This document shows, piece after piece, positions 48,460-57,980 of a stretch of 64,000 nucleotides of DNA (positions are counted from its first letter, which is position 1; the number at the start of each line of letters is the position of its first letter). This DNA comes from Pseudomonadota bacterium. Lineage in GTDB: Bacteria > Pseudomonadota > Gammaproteobacteria > Burkholderiales > Burkholderiaceae_D. The translations under genes were made by a program, and so were the position numbers. The stretch covers positions 4,362 to 68,361 of the forward strand of contig JAZJYV010000078.1 in the NCBI GenBank assembly GCA_040390195.1. The letters are read 5' to 3'. A model generated the notes under the pieces. It searched no databases. It was not told the origin of the DNA and saw nothing but the letters and a program-made list of their open reading frames with translations.

Positions 48460-49179
48460 TTATTTTTTCAGGAACACCACATCCCACACGCCGTGGCCCA
48501 GCTTGATGCCGCGGTTCTCGAATTTGGTCAGCGGACGGTAGGCCGGCTGCGGCGCATAGCCGTCGGCCGAGTTCCGCAATGTCGTCTCGGCCGTCAGTAC
48601 CTCGAGCATCTGCACCGCGTACTCTTCCCAATCGGTGGCGCAATGCAGGTAGCCGCCCGGCGCCAGCTTCTGGGCCAGCAGCTTGACGAACGGCGCCTGG
48701 ATCAGGCGCCGCTTGTTGTGGCGGGCCTTGTGCCACGGGTCCGGAAAAAACACATGCACGCCGGCCAGCGAGGCATCGGGAATCATCTGGTTCAGCACTT
48801 CGACGGCGTCGTGCTGGATCAGGCGCAAGTTGCCAAGCCCCTGCTCGCCAATCTGCTTGAGCAGGCTGCCCACGCCGGGCGTGTGCACTTCCACGCCGAT
48901 GAAATCCTTCTCCGGCATGGCGCGGGCGATGTGCGAGGTGGTGTCGCCCATGCCGAAGCCGATCTCCAGGATCACCGGCGCGTTGCGCCCGAACGCGGCC
49001 GCGAAATCGAGCGGCGCCTTGGCGTAGTCGATCAGGAACTTCGGTCCCAACTCCTCGAGCGCGCGCGCCTGCGCGATCGACAGCCGTCCCGCGCGCGTGA
49101 CGAAGCTGCGGATGCGGTGTTCGGTCGGGTCGTACATCATGGGCCGGTTCGGGCCGCTGGGAGGCGTGGTCGAGGACAT
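48460..49179 (-). CDS. trmB: tRNA (guanine46-N7)-methyltransferase
   Basis: [18 protein letters not shown] and [15 protein letters not shown] motifs. ATG at 49179. Confidence 0.88.
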   Translation of the reverse strand: MSSTTPPSGPNRPMMYDPTEHRIRSFVTRAGRLSIAQARALEELGPKFLIDYAKAPLDFAAAFGRNAPVILEIGFGMGDTTSHIARAMPEKDFIGVEVHTPGVGSLLKQIGEQGLGNLRLIQHDAVEVLNQMIPDASLAGVHVFFPDPWHKARHNKRRLIQAPFVKLLAQKLAPGGYLHCATDWEEYAVQMLEVLTAETTLRNSADGYAPQPAYRPLTKFENRGIKLGHGVWDVVFLKK

Positions 49180-49251
49180 GGGATCGGGAAGTTGAATGAC
49201 GATGGAAACACCCAGCCGCGCGGGCCGGGTCGTCATTATAACCGATGGTCC

Positions 49252-50046
49252 CTAGCCAACGATGTGATAGCCGCCGTCGACAAAGATGGTCTGGCCCGTC
49301 ATGCCCGATGCCGCGTCAGCGGCCAGGAAGGCGGCGAGCTGCCCGATTTCATCGAGCGTGACGAGGCGCCGCAGCGGTGCCCTGGCGCAGGCGCTGCGCA
49401 TCAAACCGTCGAAATCCTCGAGCCCGGAAGCGGCGCGCGTCATGATCGGACCTGGCGACAGGGCATGCACCCGGATGTTGGCAGGCCCAAGCTCGACCGA
49501 CAGGTAGCGCACCAGCGATTCGAGCGCCGCCTTGACCGGCCCCATCAAGCCGTAGTGGGGCACCGCCTCCTCCGCCCCAAGGTAGCTCATCGTCATGAGG
49601 CTGCCGCCGCCCGCCATGTGCGGCTCGCACAGGCGCGCCAGGCGCGCGAACGAATGGCAGGAGATGTCCATCGCGCGCAGGAAGCCGGCGCTGGACGTGT
49701 CGGTGACGCGGCCATGCAGGTCCGCCCGCGGCGCCCAGGCGACTGCGTGGATGACGAAATCGAGCCCGCCCAGCTGCGCCACGGCGGCGCCGACCAGCTG
49801 ATCGAGCCCGCCGTCGTGCTCGACGTCGCAGCGCATCAGCGTCACCCCGAGCGCGTCGGCCAGCGGCGCGGCATAGGGCCAGGCCTGCTCGTCGGCGCAC
49901 GACAGCACCAGCTGGGCGCCCAGCGCACGGGCGCTGCGCGCGCAGCCGTAGGCGATGCTGTGTTCGTTGGCCAGGCCGAGGATCAGGCCGCGCTTGCCGG
50001 CCAGCGAGAATGGCGGGTGCAGCGCTGCCGCGGTGCTTGAAGTCAT
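49252..50046 (-). CDS. enoyl-[acyl-carrier-protein] reductase FabI-like SDR
   Basis: ATG at 50046. GKRGLILGLANEHSIAYG, MSYLGAEEAVPHYGLMGPVKAAL (Y...K catalytic pair) and VDGGYHIVG align along the full length with FabI as recalled. The track ORF extension to 50580 is rejected. Confidence 0.83.
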   Translation of the reverse strand: MTSSTAAALHPPFSLAGKRGLILGLANEHSIAYGCARSARALGAQLVLSCADEQAWPYAAPLADALGVTLMRCDVEHDGGLDQLVGAAVAQLGGLDFVIHAVAWAPRADLHGRVTDTSSAGFLRAMDISCHSFARLARLCEPHMAGGGSLMTMSYLGAEEAVPHYGLMGPVKAALESLVRYLSVELGPANIRVHALSPGPIMTRAASGLEDFDGLMRSACARAPLRRLVTLDEIGQLAAFLAADAASGMTGQTIFVDGGYHIVG

Positions 50047-50217
50047 GGGCTCAGGCGCGGGACGCGCAAAGCCCCTAGTGTGGACATCGGGTTCCCGGGC
50101 CGCCTTAATTTGAATCAAGGGAAACGGGCCGGCCGGCGATGGGGCTAAACAATACTTGCTTCCTTCATAACATCTGCTAGACTCAACGACCTCGCACGCG
50201 GTTTTTTCATCCCTTCG

Positions 50218-53028
50218 ATGAGGCTGATGATGACGCACTGGTTCTGCCTGCTTGCCTTCCTGCTCAGCCTCGGCGCAGCCAGCGCCGCCACCCCGTCCAA
50301 AGACGCCGGTGCCCGGCCCATCGCCTTGCCGACCGGCCAGGCCATGACGCCGACGGCCGCGCCTGGGGCACGCTACTTGGCGCTCGACCCCGGCCTGAAC
50401 AGCCAGACGCCAGCCGGCTTCGCGCAAACCCTGAGCCTGAGCCCGGATGGCAAGACACTGCTGGTCCTGACCGCCGGCTACAATATGGTGCGCGACGCGG
50501 CCGGGCAAAAGATCGAGGCCGATTCCACCCAGTTCATTTTCGTCTTCGACGTCAGCGCGGGCCATCCCGTGCAGCGTCAAGTCTTGCGCGTGCCCAATGC
50601 CTACGTGGGCCTGGTGTTTGCGCCGGACGGGTCACGCTTCTATGTGCCCGGCGCCGTCGACGACAACGTCCATGTGTTCTCCTTGGCCGATGGCAGCTGG
50701 AAGGAAGCGCGCGCGCCGCTCCCTTTGGGCCACACCAAGGCCAACGGCTTGTCGCCCAAGCCTTTTGCCGCCGCCATGGCGGTGACGGCGGACGGGCGGC
50801 GCGGTGTCGTGGTCAACCGCTTCAACGACGCCGTCACGCTGGTGGACCTGCTCGAGTGGCGGGTCTTGGCCGAACTTGACCTGCGGCCCGGCAAGAATGG
50901 CGGCGTGCCGGGCACGGCCGGAGGCCAGTATCCGAATTCGGTGGCGATCGTGGGCAATGCCGTCGCCTATGTCAGCAGCGAGCTCGACCGCGAAGTGGTC
51001 GTGATTGACCTGGCCGGACCACAGCCCGCCATCCGTGGCCGCATCGCCGTCAAGGGCAATCCCAACAAGATGATCCTGAACCGCGCCCAGAGCGTGCTCT
51101 ACGTCGCGTCCGACAATGCCGATGTGGTCGCGCTGATCGACACGCGCCAGAACATTCTGATGCGCCATATCCCGACGGCCGCACCGCCCGCCCTGTTGGC
51201 GCCGGAGCAGTCGCGCTACAAGGGAGCCTCGCCGAATGGCCTGGCGCTCGCGCCCGATGAACAGACTCTGTATGTGAGCAACCGCGGCACCAACTCGCTT
51301 GCCGTGATCGGGCTCGGCGGACCCCATCTCGGCGTACGCGGCCTGATTCCCACCGGATGGTATCCGTCCGACGTGCGGGTGGCAGGCGAGGGCCGCTTCC
51401 TGTACGTGAGCAATGCCAAGACGCTAGCCGGCCCCAATCCCGGCAGCTGCTCGGGCAGCATGGACGGCAAGTGCAACGTTCCCGCTTCGCCCGCCTCGTA
51501 CCGGCCCAATGACTACATACTGAACCGGACCGGCTCGGCATTGCTGAGCGTCCCGACGCCGACGCTCCGGTCGCTGCGCCAACTTACCCAACAAGTGGCC
51601 CGCAACAACCATTTTGGCGCCGGCCTCACGCCGGACCAGGCCCGCGTCCTCGCTGCCCTGCGCAGCCAGGTCAAGCACGTCATCTACATCATCAAGGAGA
51701 ACCGCAGCTATGACCAGGTCCTTGGAGATTTGGGCCGTGGCAACGGCGCGCCCGCGCTGGCTGAATTCCCCCAGAAGACGACGCCCAACCAGCATGCCCT
51801 GGCGCGCCAGTTCGTCACGATCGATCACTTCCTGAATGCGGGCGACGTCAGCGGAAATGGCTGGGCCTGGAGCACCGCCGGACGCGAATCGGACGCGGGC
51901 GCCAAGATGGTGCCCTCCAATTACGCGGGCAACGGCGGCTCGGGAGACTGGTTCGGCGCCAACCGGGGCGTCAACGTGGGCTTGGACGGGGCCGCGCGGG
52001 TGGCCGCCAATCCCCAGGCGGCGGGACTGGACGTCGACACCTTGCCTGCCGTCAGCAACGTGGCGGCGCCGGATGGCCCGGACGAGCAACTCCAGCAGGG
52101 CTACCTGTGGCATGCCGCGCTGCGCGCCGGGCTGTCCGTACGCAACTACGGCTGCTTCGTCGACGTCAGGCGCTATTTCCTCAGCGGCAGCGCAGCGATC
52201 GCCGTCGAGCGCGATCCGCACGCCAGCGGCACCATCGTCGCGTACGCCACCGTGCCCGAGCTGGTCAGCCGCACCGATCCGTATTACCGCGGCTTCGATG
52301 ACCGCCTGCCCGAGTTTTACCGCGAGCAGGAATGGGAGCGTGAATTCCGCGCCTTCGAGGCCAGCGGCGAGCTCCCCAGTCTAAGCCTGGTGCGCATGAT
52401 GATGGATCACACGGGCTCCTTCGATGAAGCCCTCGACGGCGTGAACACGCCCGAAATCCAGGTGGCCGACAATGACTACGCCGTGGGCCGCCTGGTGCAG
52501 ACGGTGGCACGCAGCAAATTCGCCCGGGACACCTTGATCTTCATCGTCGAGGACGATTCCCAGGATGGCCCCGACCACGTCGACGCCCACCGCGGCCCCT
52601 TGTTCGTCGTCGGCCCCTACGTCAAGAAGGGCGCCGTGGTCAGCACCCACTACACGACCGCCAATCTGGTGCGCACAATCACGGACATCCTCGGCCTGGA
52701 CCACCTGGGCCTGATCGACGCCCATGCCGCGCCCATGCTGGACTTGTTCGACACAGGCGCGCGCAACGCTGGCTGGACCTACACGGCCAGCGCTTCGAGC
52801 CTGCTCAAGCTGACCAGGCTGCCGCTTCCGGCAGACACGGTATTCGGCCCCCCTGCCGTGCCCACGCGCGACATGGCGTACTGGGCTGCGGCGACCCGCC
52901 AATTCGATTTCAGCGAAGAGGACAAGCTCGACGCGGACGCCTATAACAGGATCCTGTGGGCCGGCCTGATGGGTGGCAAACCCTATCCCGGGCAAGCGAC
53001 AAGAGCGGGCAAGGCGAAGCCGGACTAA
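50218..53028 (+). CDS. secreted bifunctional YncE-like beta-propeller / phosphoesterase-family (AcpA/PLC-like) protein
   Basis: Signal peptide. The N-terminal half has propeller repeats (LYVSNRGTNSLAVIG and others). The C-terminal half carries IYIIKENRSYDQVLGDL and VEDDSQDGPDHVDAHR motifs of the PF04185-type phosphoesterases. Confidence 0.8.
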   Translation: MRLMMTHWFCLLAFLLSLGAASAATPSKDAGARPIALPTGQAMTPTAAPGARYLALDPGLNSQTPAGFAQTLSLSPDGKTLLVLTAGYNMVRDAAGQKIEADSTQFIFVFDVSAGHPVQRQVLRVPNAYVGLVFAPDGSRFYVPGAVDDNVHVFSLADGSWKEARAPLPLGHTKANGLSPKPFAAAMAVTADGRRGVVVNRFNDAVTLVDLLEWRVLAELDLRPGKNGGVPGTAGGQYPNSVAIVGNAVAYVSSELDREVVVIDLAGPQPAIRGRIAVKGNPNKMILNRAQSVLYVASDNADVVALIDTRQNILMRHIPTAAPPALLAPEQSRYKGASPNGLALAPDEQTLYVSNRGTNSLAVIGLGGPHLGVRGLIPTGWYPSDVRVAGEGRFLYVSNAKTLAGPNPGSCSGSMDGKCNVPASPASYRPNDYILNRTGSALLSVPTPTLRSLRQLTQQVARNNHFGAGLTPDQARVLAALRSQVKHVIYIIKENRSYDQVLGDLGRGNGAPALAEFPQKTTPNQHALARQFVTIDHFLNAGDVSGNGWAWSTAGRESDAGAKMVPSNYAGNGGSGDWFGANRGVNVGLDGAARVAANPQAAGLDVDTLPAVSNVAAPDGPDEQLQQGYLWHAALRAGLSVRNYGCFVDVRRYFLSGSAAIAVERDPHASGTIVAYATVPELVSRTDPYYRGFDDRLPEFYREQEWEREFRAFEASGELPSLSLVRMMMDHTGSFDEALDGVNTPEIQVADNDYAVGRLVQTVARSKFARDTLIFIVEDDSQDGPDHVDAHRGPLFVVGPYVKKGAVVSTHYTTANLVRTITDILGLDHLGLIDAHAAPMLDLFDTGARNAGWTYTASASSLLKLTRLPLPADTVFGPPAVPTRDMAYWAAATRQFDFSEEDKLDADAYNRILWAGLMGGKPYPGQATRAGKAKPD

Positions 53029-53379
53029 TCGTCCCTGGTCGACGCAGCGCTACCAGATCTGAAACGCAAGCAGTCACGGTACTACCGCTTGCTGACTGCA
53101 ACACGAGCAAGCGGCGCCTGGGAAGAATGGCTTAGCTTTTTCCTCATCGGCGTGACCGAAGCGGCTGCCGAGGCCGAGCGAAACGTCGTTGATGTCGCGA
53201 CGCTCATCAGCGCAGACCGCCGCCGCTTGCTCGAATCGCAAAAGGCGAACACGGCTGCATTCCGTCTGTTCGAAATGCTGCCGATGATGCCCCGCTTTGC
53301 GGTAGAAAAGGTGAAGCAAGAATTATCGACAAGCTACCCAACGGCAAACAAGGCGGTCAAGATGCTGACCGACCTCGGC
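53029..53379 (+). pseudogene. Fic-family protein C-terminal fragment
   Basis: In frame straight after the preceding stop: ...KQSRYYRLLTATRASGAWEEWLSFFLIGV...LFEMLP...VEKVKQELSTSYPTANKAVKMLTDLG. This matches the Fic C-terminal region and winged helix. The HPFxxGNGR core is missing. Confidence 0.55.
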
Positions 53380-53469
53380 ACGGGCGCCATGCCGCTAGGT
53401 CATGAGGACGTTAAGACAACTCAGCGGCACTACTTGCGCCGGGAACGCATCGTCGCGCCCACTCAATGA
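53380..53469 (+). pseudogene. tyrosine integrase C-terminal fragment fused in frame to the Fic fragment
   Basis: ...MPLGHEDVKTTQRHYLRRERIVAPTQ resembles the extreme C-terminus (catalytic Tyr box LGH..VKTT..Y) of phage-type integrases. It lies 74 bp from the tRNA-Gly 3' end. Confidence 0.5.
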
Positions 53470-53542
53470 CTTTTGTGGAAATCGGATGAGTTTTTCGGAA
53501 ATGATAAAGATGAGTAAAACGCTGGTAAGTCATTGATTTTAC

Positions 53543-53616
53543 TGGAGCGGGTGAAGGGAATCGAACCCTCGTCGTAAGCTTGGGAAGCTTCTGCTCTACC
53601 ATTGAGCTACACCCGC
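53543..53616 (-). tRNA. tRNA-Gly (anticodon CCC)
   Basis: The minus strand reads GCGGGTGTAGCTCAATGGTAGAGCAGAAGCTTCCCAAGCTTACGACGAGGGTTCGATTCCCTTCACCCGCTCCA. Cloverleaf arms fold, the anticodon loop is TTCCCAA and CCA is encoded. Very similar to E. coli glyU as recalled. Confidence 0.9.
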
Positions 53617-53897
53617 GTTGCCCGCATTCTACGCGGGTTCACGGTGCCTGACAAATTTCAAGCGCGGCAGGTGGGATGGAAATGGGATGGCTGCTTTGCC
53701 CGATGGGTGATGGCTCAACGCGAAGTAGAAGCCGAATCCGACCGGGCTGAGTCTACGTTACTGCCTCATCAAGAAGGCGATTGGAAAGTTCTACCAGAGC
53801 TGTTGCATTGTGTTTTTGATGAATTTCATCCCCATGAAACCATTTCTCGGATTGCTTCTCGCGGCCTCGATGCCGCCAATCGAAGCTGAGCGACTGG

Positions 53898-54158
53898 ATG
53901 CAAGCCGACGTGTGGGACAGGGTCACCATGCCAGATACCCGGTTTACTGTGGCGCCGGAAAAGCGCGCCCGGCTGGCCCAAGCGCTGCCACTCGATCCGC
54001 TCACGGCTCAGCCGCAAAGCATCTACTCCTACGAACACGAGGCGAAATTCGACTGCGCCGGTTCGTGCGCCTTCGGTACCGTTGGCGGCTACACCCGCGA
54101 GCAGACGCAATCTGCCCGGATTTCTCCGCTGTTGCCAAGCTTCTCACACTGGCGCTAA
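53898..54158 (+). CDS. hypothetical small protein (86 aa) or gene fragment
   Basis: This frame has clearly elevated third-position GC compared with the overlapping 53810..54241 frame. No RBS or homology recognised. Confidence 0.3.
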   Translation: MQADVWDRVTMPDTRFTVAPEKRARLAQALPLDPLTAQPQSIYSYEHEAKFDCAGSCAFGTVGGYTREQTQSARISPLLPSFSHWR

Positions 54159-54323
54159 CAGGCGGGCTTGGCCGGGTCGCGGCCGCGATGGGCAAGCTCA
54201 CACGAACAAGTCCTGCTCACTTGGCACCTGCCCTTACCTAAATATTTTCAAAAAGTAATGTTCCTGAAGAAATAGATATACACTGCCCCAGCCGCTCTAC
54301 CAACCCTCAATCAGAAACCTGCC

Positions 54324-55541
54324 ATGAACAAGACCCGCTGGCCTGCCGTACTCCTGACCCTTGCCAGCCTGTGCGCCGGTCCCGCGCTGGCCAAGGATGC
54401 TGCCGTGTATGCACAGGCCCAACAAGCCCGCGCCGACGCCACCATCCTGCTCGAGCGCCTGGTCAATATCGACTCGGGCACCGGCAGCGAGGCGGGCGTC
54501 GACAAAGTCGGCGCCATCGTGGCGGCCGAACTGCGCGCACTCGGTGCCCGAATTGAGCTATCGCCGTCGGGACCCGGCATGGGCCAGAATATACTCGCCA
54601 CCTTCCAGGGCAAAGGCCGCAAGAAACTACTGGTGATGGCCCATCTGGACACTGTATTTGGCGCCGGCACCGTGGCACGGCGGCCATTCAAGATCGTCGG
54701 CGAACGCGCTTATGGTCCCGGCATTGCCGATGACAAAGGCGGCATCGTCGCTGCCCTGTTCGCGCTCAAGATCCTCAAGGCCGTGCAATTCGATGACTAT
54801 GAACGCATTACGCTGCTGTTCAATACCAATGAAGAAACCGGCTCGGCCGGCACGCGTGGCCTGATCGAACAGCAAGCCAAGTTGCATGACGTGATCATCA
54901 ATGTCGAGCCGGGCCGTCCCGCCGACGGCCTGGTCGTATGGCGCAAGGGCTCGGGCGAATTACTGGTCGAAACGCACGGCAAGTCTTCGCACGCGGGCAA
55001 TGCGCCAGAAGCAGGGCGTAATGCGGTGACGGAAATGTCGCACCAGACGCTGCAGATGGCGGCACTCAATGACAAGGTCAAGCAAACGAGCGTGAACTTC
55101 ACCGTCGTGCGCGGCGGCGATCGGCTCAACGTGATTCCCGATGCCGCTGCGGCGCGCGCCGACGTGCGCGCGGCCACACCGGCTGAATTTGACCGAGTCG
55201 AGCGCGATGCGGCCAGCATGGCCGAGCACAAGCTGATCCCGGACGTGCGAGTCAGTACCAAATTGATCCGCAACTTCCCGCCGATGCCGCGCAATAGCGA
55301 CACCGACCGCCTCGCTGTCGCAGTGCAGGCTGTGTACGATGAGCTGGGGCTGAAACTTACCCTCGAAGGATCGGGCGGCGCGTCCGATTCCGGTTTTTCG
55401 ACCGCGCTGGGACGCCCAACAATCGATGGCATGGGCTTGGTCGGCGGCGGCTTCCACGCCGACGATGAATACCTGGAACTAGACAGCATCGTGCCGCGGC
55501 TTTACTTGCTGGCGCGCGTGTTGATGACGACAAGGCCTTAA
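54324..55541 (+). CDS. M20 family metallopeptidase (glutamate carboxypeptidase / CPG2-like), secreted
   Basis: Signal peptide MNKTRWPAVLLTLASLCAGPALA. Motifs LVNIDSGTG, LVMAHLDTVF, GPGIADDKGG and NTNEETGS are typical of carboxypeptidase G2. Confidence 0.85.
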   Translation: MNKTRWPAVLLTLASLCAGPALAKDAAVYAQAQQARADATILLERLVNIDSGTGSEAGVDKVGAIVAAELRALGARIELSPSGPGMGQNILATFQGKGRKKLLVMAHLDTVFGAGTVARRPFKIVGERAYGPGIADDKGGIVAALFALKILKAVQFDDYERITLLFNTNEETGSAGTRGLIEQQAKLHDVIINVEPGRPADGLVVWRKGSGELLVETHGKSSHAGNAPEAGRNAVTEMSHQTLQMAALNDKVKQTSVNFTVVRGGDRLNVIPDAAAARADVRAATPAEFDRVERDAASMAEHKLIPDVRVSTKLIRNFPPMPRNSDTDRLAVAVQAVYDELGLKLTLEGSGGASDSGFSTALGRPTIDGMGLVGGGFHADDEYLELDSIVPRLYLLARVLMTTRP

Positions 55542-55593
55542 CGCTGCTGCGCATGGGCGGCGCCGCATTCTACTGGGTCGCGTCGTCCATCTA

Positions 55594-55748
55594 GTGTCCC
55601 AAGTCAGAAATTCGCTGGCAAAACGTAGGGTGGAAAAGGCGCAGCCGCCTTCCACCATTGCCAGCGCTTCGATGGTGCATGCAATGGTGGAAGGCGGCTA
55701 CGCCTTTTCCGCCCTACATTTTGTCAGCGAATTTCTGATTCGGGACAC
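55594..55748. repeat. REP/BIME-like element, copy 2: 155-bp near-perfect palindrome
   Basis: Arms of about 68 bp (gtgtcccaagtcagaaattcgctggcaaaacgtagggtggaaaaggcgcagccgccttccaccattgc and its inverted partner). Identity is about 90% by eye around a 19-nt loop. Each arm contains a nested hairpin. Confidence 0.75.
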
Positions 55749-55869
55749 CAGGCGGGTTTCAACGGTGTTGACAATTTTCAAATACGGCAGACGGTAGCGC
55801 CGCCCGCTGCTCCGCCGTAGCTGGCGCTTCCTCTGCTATGCTTCGCGCTCCGACTTTTCTGGAGCTGCC

Positions 55870-56121
55870 ATGGCCATCAAACTCGACAATCAAACGGAAG
55901 AACGCTTGCTCACGTCGCTGCAACGCTACTGCGCACAAAACTTCGATGACGACATCGGCAGCCTGCAGGCGCGCCTGCTGCTCGACTTCTGCCTGCGTGA
56001 AATCGGCCCCTCGATTTATAACCAGGCGGTCCGGGATGCGCAGGCGGCGATGCAGGAAAAAATCGCCGAGCTTGAAACAAACTGCTACGAGGCCGAGTTT
56101 GGATATTGGAAGAAAAATTAG
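55870..56121 (+). CDS. DUF2164 domain protein
   Basis: 83 aa. MAIKLDNQTEERLLTSLQRYCAQNFDDDIGSLQARLLLDFCLREIGPSIYNQAV is the typical DUF2164 sequence. Confidence 0.72.
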   Translation: MAIKLDNQTEERLLTSLQRYCAQNFDDDIGSLQARLLLDFCLREIGPSIYNQAVRDAQAAMQEKIAELETNCYEAEFGYWKKN

Positions 56122-56244
56122 CGCCGATGCGCAGGAAAACATGCCAGCGGAGATCGCCATCGCCTGCGATGCATCACTGAGAAAAGACCGAATCGGCTGA
56201 GGCTGTCGCTGGCATGCCTAGATGGGTTCAGATCCCCTACGAGG

Positions 56245-56739
56245 CTAATCGGGGTGCACTTTTCCGACGCTGAAAAAGCCGGGATAAATACCGCAGCCAA
56301 TGATGATGTCCTCGAATCGCTCAATGTAGGTCGACTTCGGCTCGATCGCGCCGGTCATCGGATTGGGCCATTTGTAGTCGACCCAGCCCTTGCCTTTGCC
56401 GGTTGCAATATCGATGAAATCCTTCACGATGTACTTGCCATCGATGTCCTTCAGTTCGAGATTGTTCTTGCCGATCATTTTCTGGTTGACGCCATGGGCA
56501 AGCTTGGTTCCCTTGATGTCGTACACGACCAGGAACAGGGCGCGGTCGCGAAATGGCCCGCTCGGGTTCTTAAATTCGGCAAACGCCTTTTCCCGTCCAT
56601 GGGTCTTGACGTAGTCGACCGCCTTTTTGACGAGTGCGATCGCTTCACTGACGTTGCCGCCGCGGTCTTGGGCAAACGCCAGCTTATTGGCCAACACAAG
56701 GAGCAGAGCGCTCAGTACGACTTTCAGAATGGTTTTCAT
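56245..56739 (-). CDS. stand-alone periplasmic single-Cache (sCache_2-like) domain protein
   Basis: Signal peptide MKTILKVVLSALLLVLANKLAFA. Contains AIALVKKAVDYVKTHGREKAFAEF...LFLVVYDIKGTKLAHG...GKGWVDYKWPNP...KSTYIE. No transmitter domain. Confidence 0.72.
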   Translation of the reverse strand: MKTILKVVLSALLLVLANKLAFAQDRGGNVSEAIALVKKAVDYVKTHGREKAFAEFKNPSGPFRDRALFLVVYDIKGTKLAHGVNQKMIGKNNLELKDIDGKYIVKDFIDIATGKGKGWVDYKWPNPMTGAIEPKSTYIERFEDIIIGCGIYPGFFSVGKVHPD

Positions 56740-57128
56740 GCTAAGCCTTCAACGAGGAGCGGATTCATGGCGAGCGATCGCCAGCGGCAGCGATCCACCT
56801 GCGTCAAGAGGCGGAACGTGGACTACAAGCTGCGCTTTTCGGGAAGGTGCGTGCTTGCACTTCATTCATTGCAATGTCCATGCCACTCCGCTTGTTGCGG
56901 CCCTGTGTCGGGAAACACGGATTTCCTGTCGGCGCACACGGCGTGCAGTGTCATGTTTTGGAGCAACTGTTGAAATATGGCGGAGTGCGTCGCTGCCGAT
57001 CGCCCGCGCCTGTGCAGTCAAGTTGTAACTTTTTGTCTTTACAATGAGACATTTTTCTTGAAACGGAACGGCGTACACTGGCCAGTCCGCAAGGCCGATC
57101 TTAATTACAACAACAATGAGAGGCAATC

Positions 57129-57860
57129 ATGAAAAAAATAATTTGTCTGGTACTCATCCTGCTGTCCCCCCTGCTTGCAATCGCCGACGCACCCAAGGCC
57201 GAAACCCTGACCGTCGACAGGGTCTGGGTCAAGGATGGCCACTTGGAAGCTTTCAAGAAAGCCATTGCCGCCCATGCCAAGCAATTCCATACCGGGCATT
57301 GGAAATGGCGCACCTATGACGTGCTCAGCGGCCCCGATGGCGGCGCCATCCAGATCAACGAGGGACCGAATACCTGGACCGACCTGGACGGCCGCGGCGA
57401 CCTGTCAGCGGCGCACACCAAGCACTATGAGACGACGGTCATGCCGCACCTGGCCAAGTCCGCTCCCAGCATATACATGACCTACGACGACAAGCTCAGT
57501 ACGACGGCACTGGGCAATTTCTCGACCAAGGCCGTGATCACCCGCGTCTACATCAAGCCGGGGCGGGGCATCGCCTACACGGCCGCCCTCAAGACCAACA
57601 AGGCGGTGTGGGAAAAACTGGGGCGCAATGTCGTCGTATGGCGTTCGTTCGCATCGGGCCAGCAGCAACTGAGCATCGTCACGCGCCTGAAGGATGGATT
57701 CAAGGATTTCGACGTCGACAACAAGCTCTACAGTGCTACGTATGACGAGGTCAATGGCGCCGGCGCCTACGAAAAATATCTGGAGGAAATGGCGCGCGAT
57801 GTCGACCAGTATGTCGGCGAAATGATCGAGTACAAGCCGGAGATGAGTTCGCCGAAATAA
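57129..57860 (+). CDS. secreted hypothetical protein with apparent internal two-domain duplication
   Basis: Signal MKKIICLVLILLSPLLAIADA. Two roughly 100-aa halves share the pattern (L/A).(V/I).RV..K.G...A...A......W. Confidence 0.62.
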   Translation: MKKIICLVLILLSPLLAIADAPKAETLTVDRVWVKDGHLEAFKKAIAAHAKQFHTGHWKWRTYDVLSGPDGGAIQINEGPNTWTDLDGRGDLSAAHTKHYETTVMPHLAKSAPSIYMTYDDKLSTTALGNFSTKAVITRVYIKPGRGIAYTAALKTNKAVWEKLGRNVVVWRSFASGQQQLSIVTRLKDGFKDFDVDNKLYSATYDEVNGAGAYEKYLEEMARDVDQYVGEMIEYKPEMSSPK

Positions 57861-57980
57861 GCGCGTGCCAGGCGGCGCGCAGACCAGGGAAGCACTTCCA
57901 TCCGGTCTTGCGGAAACGCGCCGCCAGCGCCGCGCTAGAGCGTGAGCCGATGTCGCAACCGTTCCCCATGTAGTGTCACC

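Noticed and set aside
53602-53889. 95-aa ORF starting inside the tRNA-Gly gene, and the overlapping 143-aa ORF at 53810..54241 with a signal-peptide-like start.
   Set aside because: One overlaps a structural RNA gene. Both have poor third-position GC bias compared with the alternative frame, and neither has an RBS or recognisable homology.
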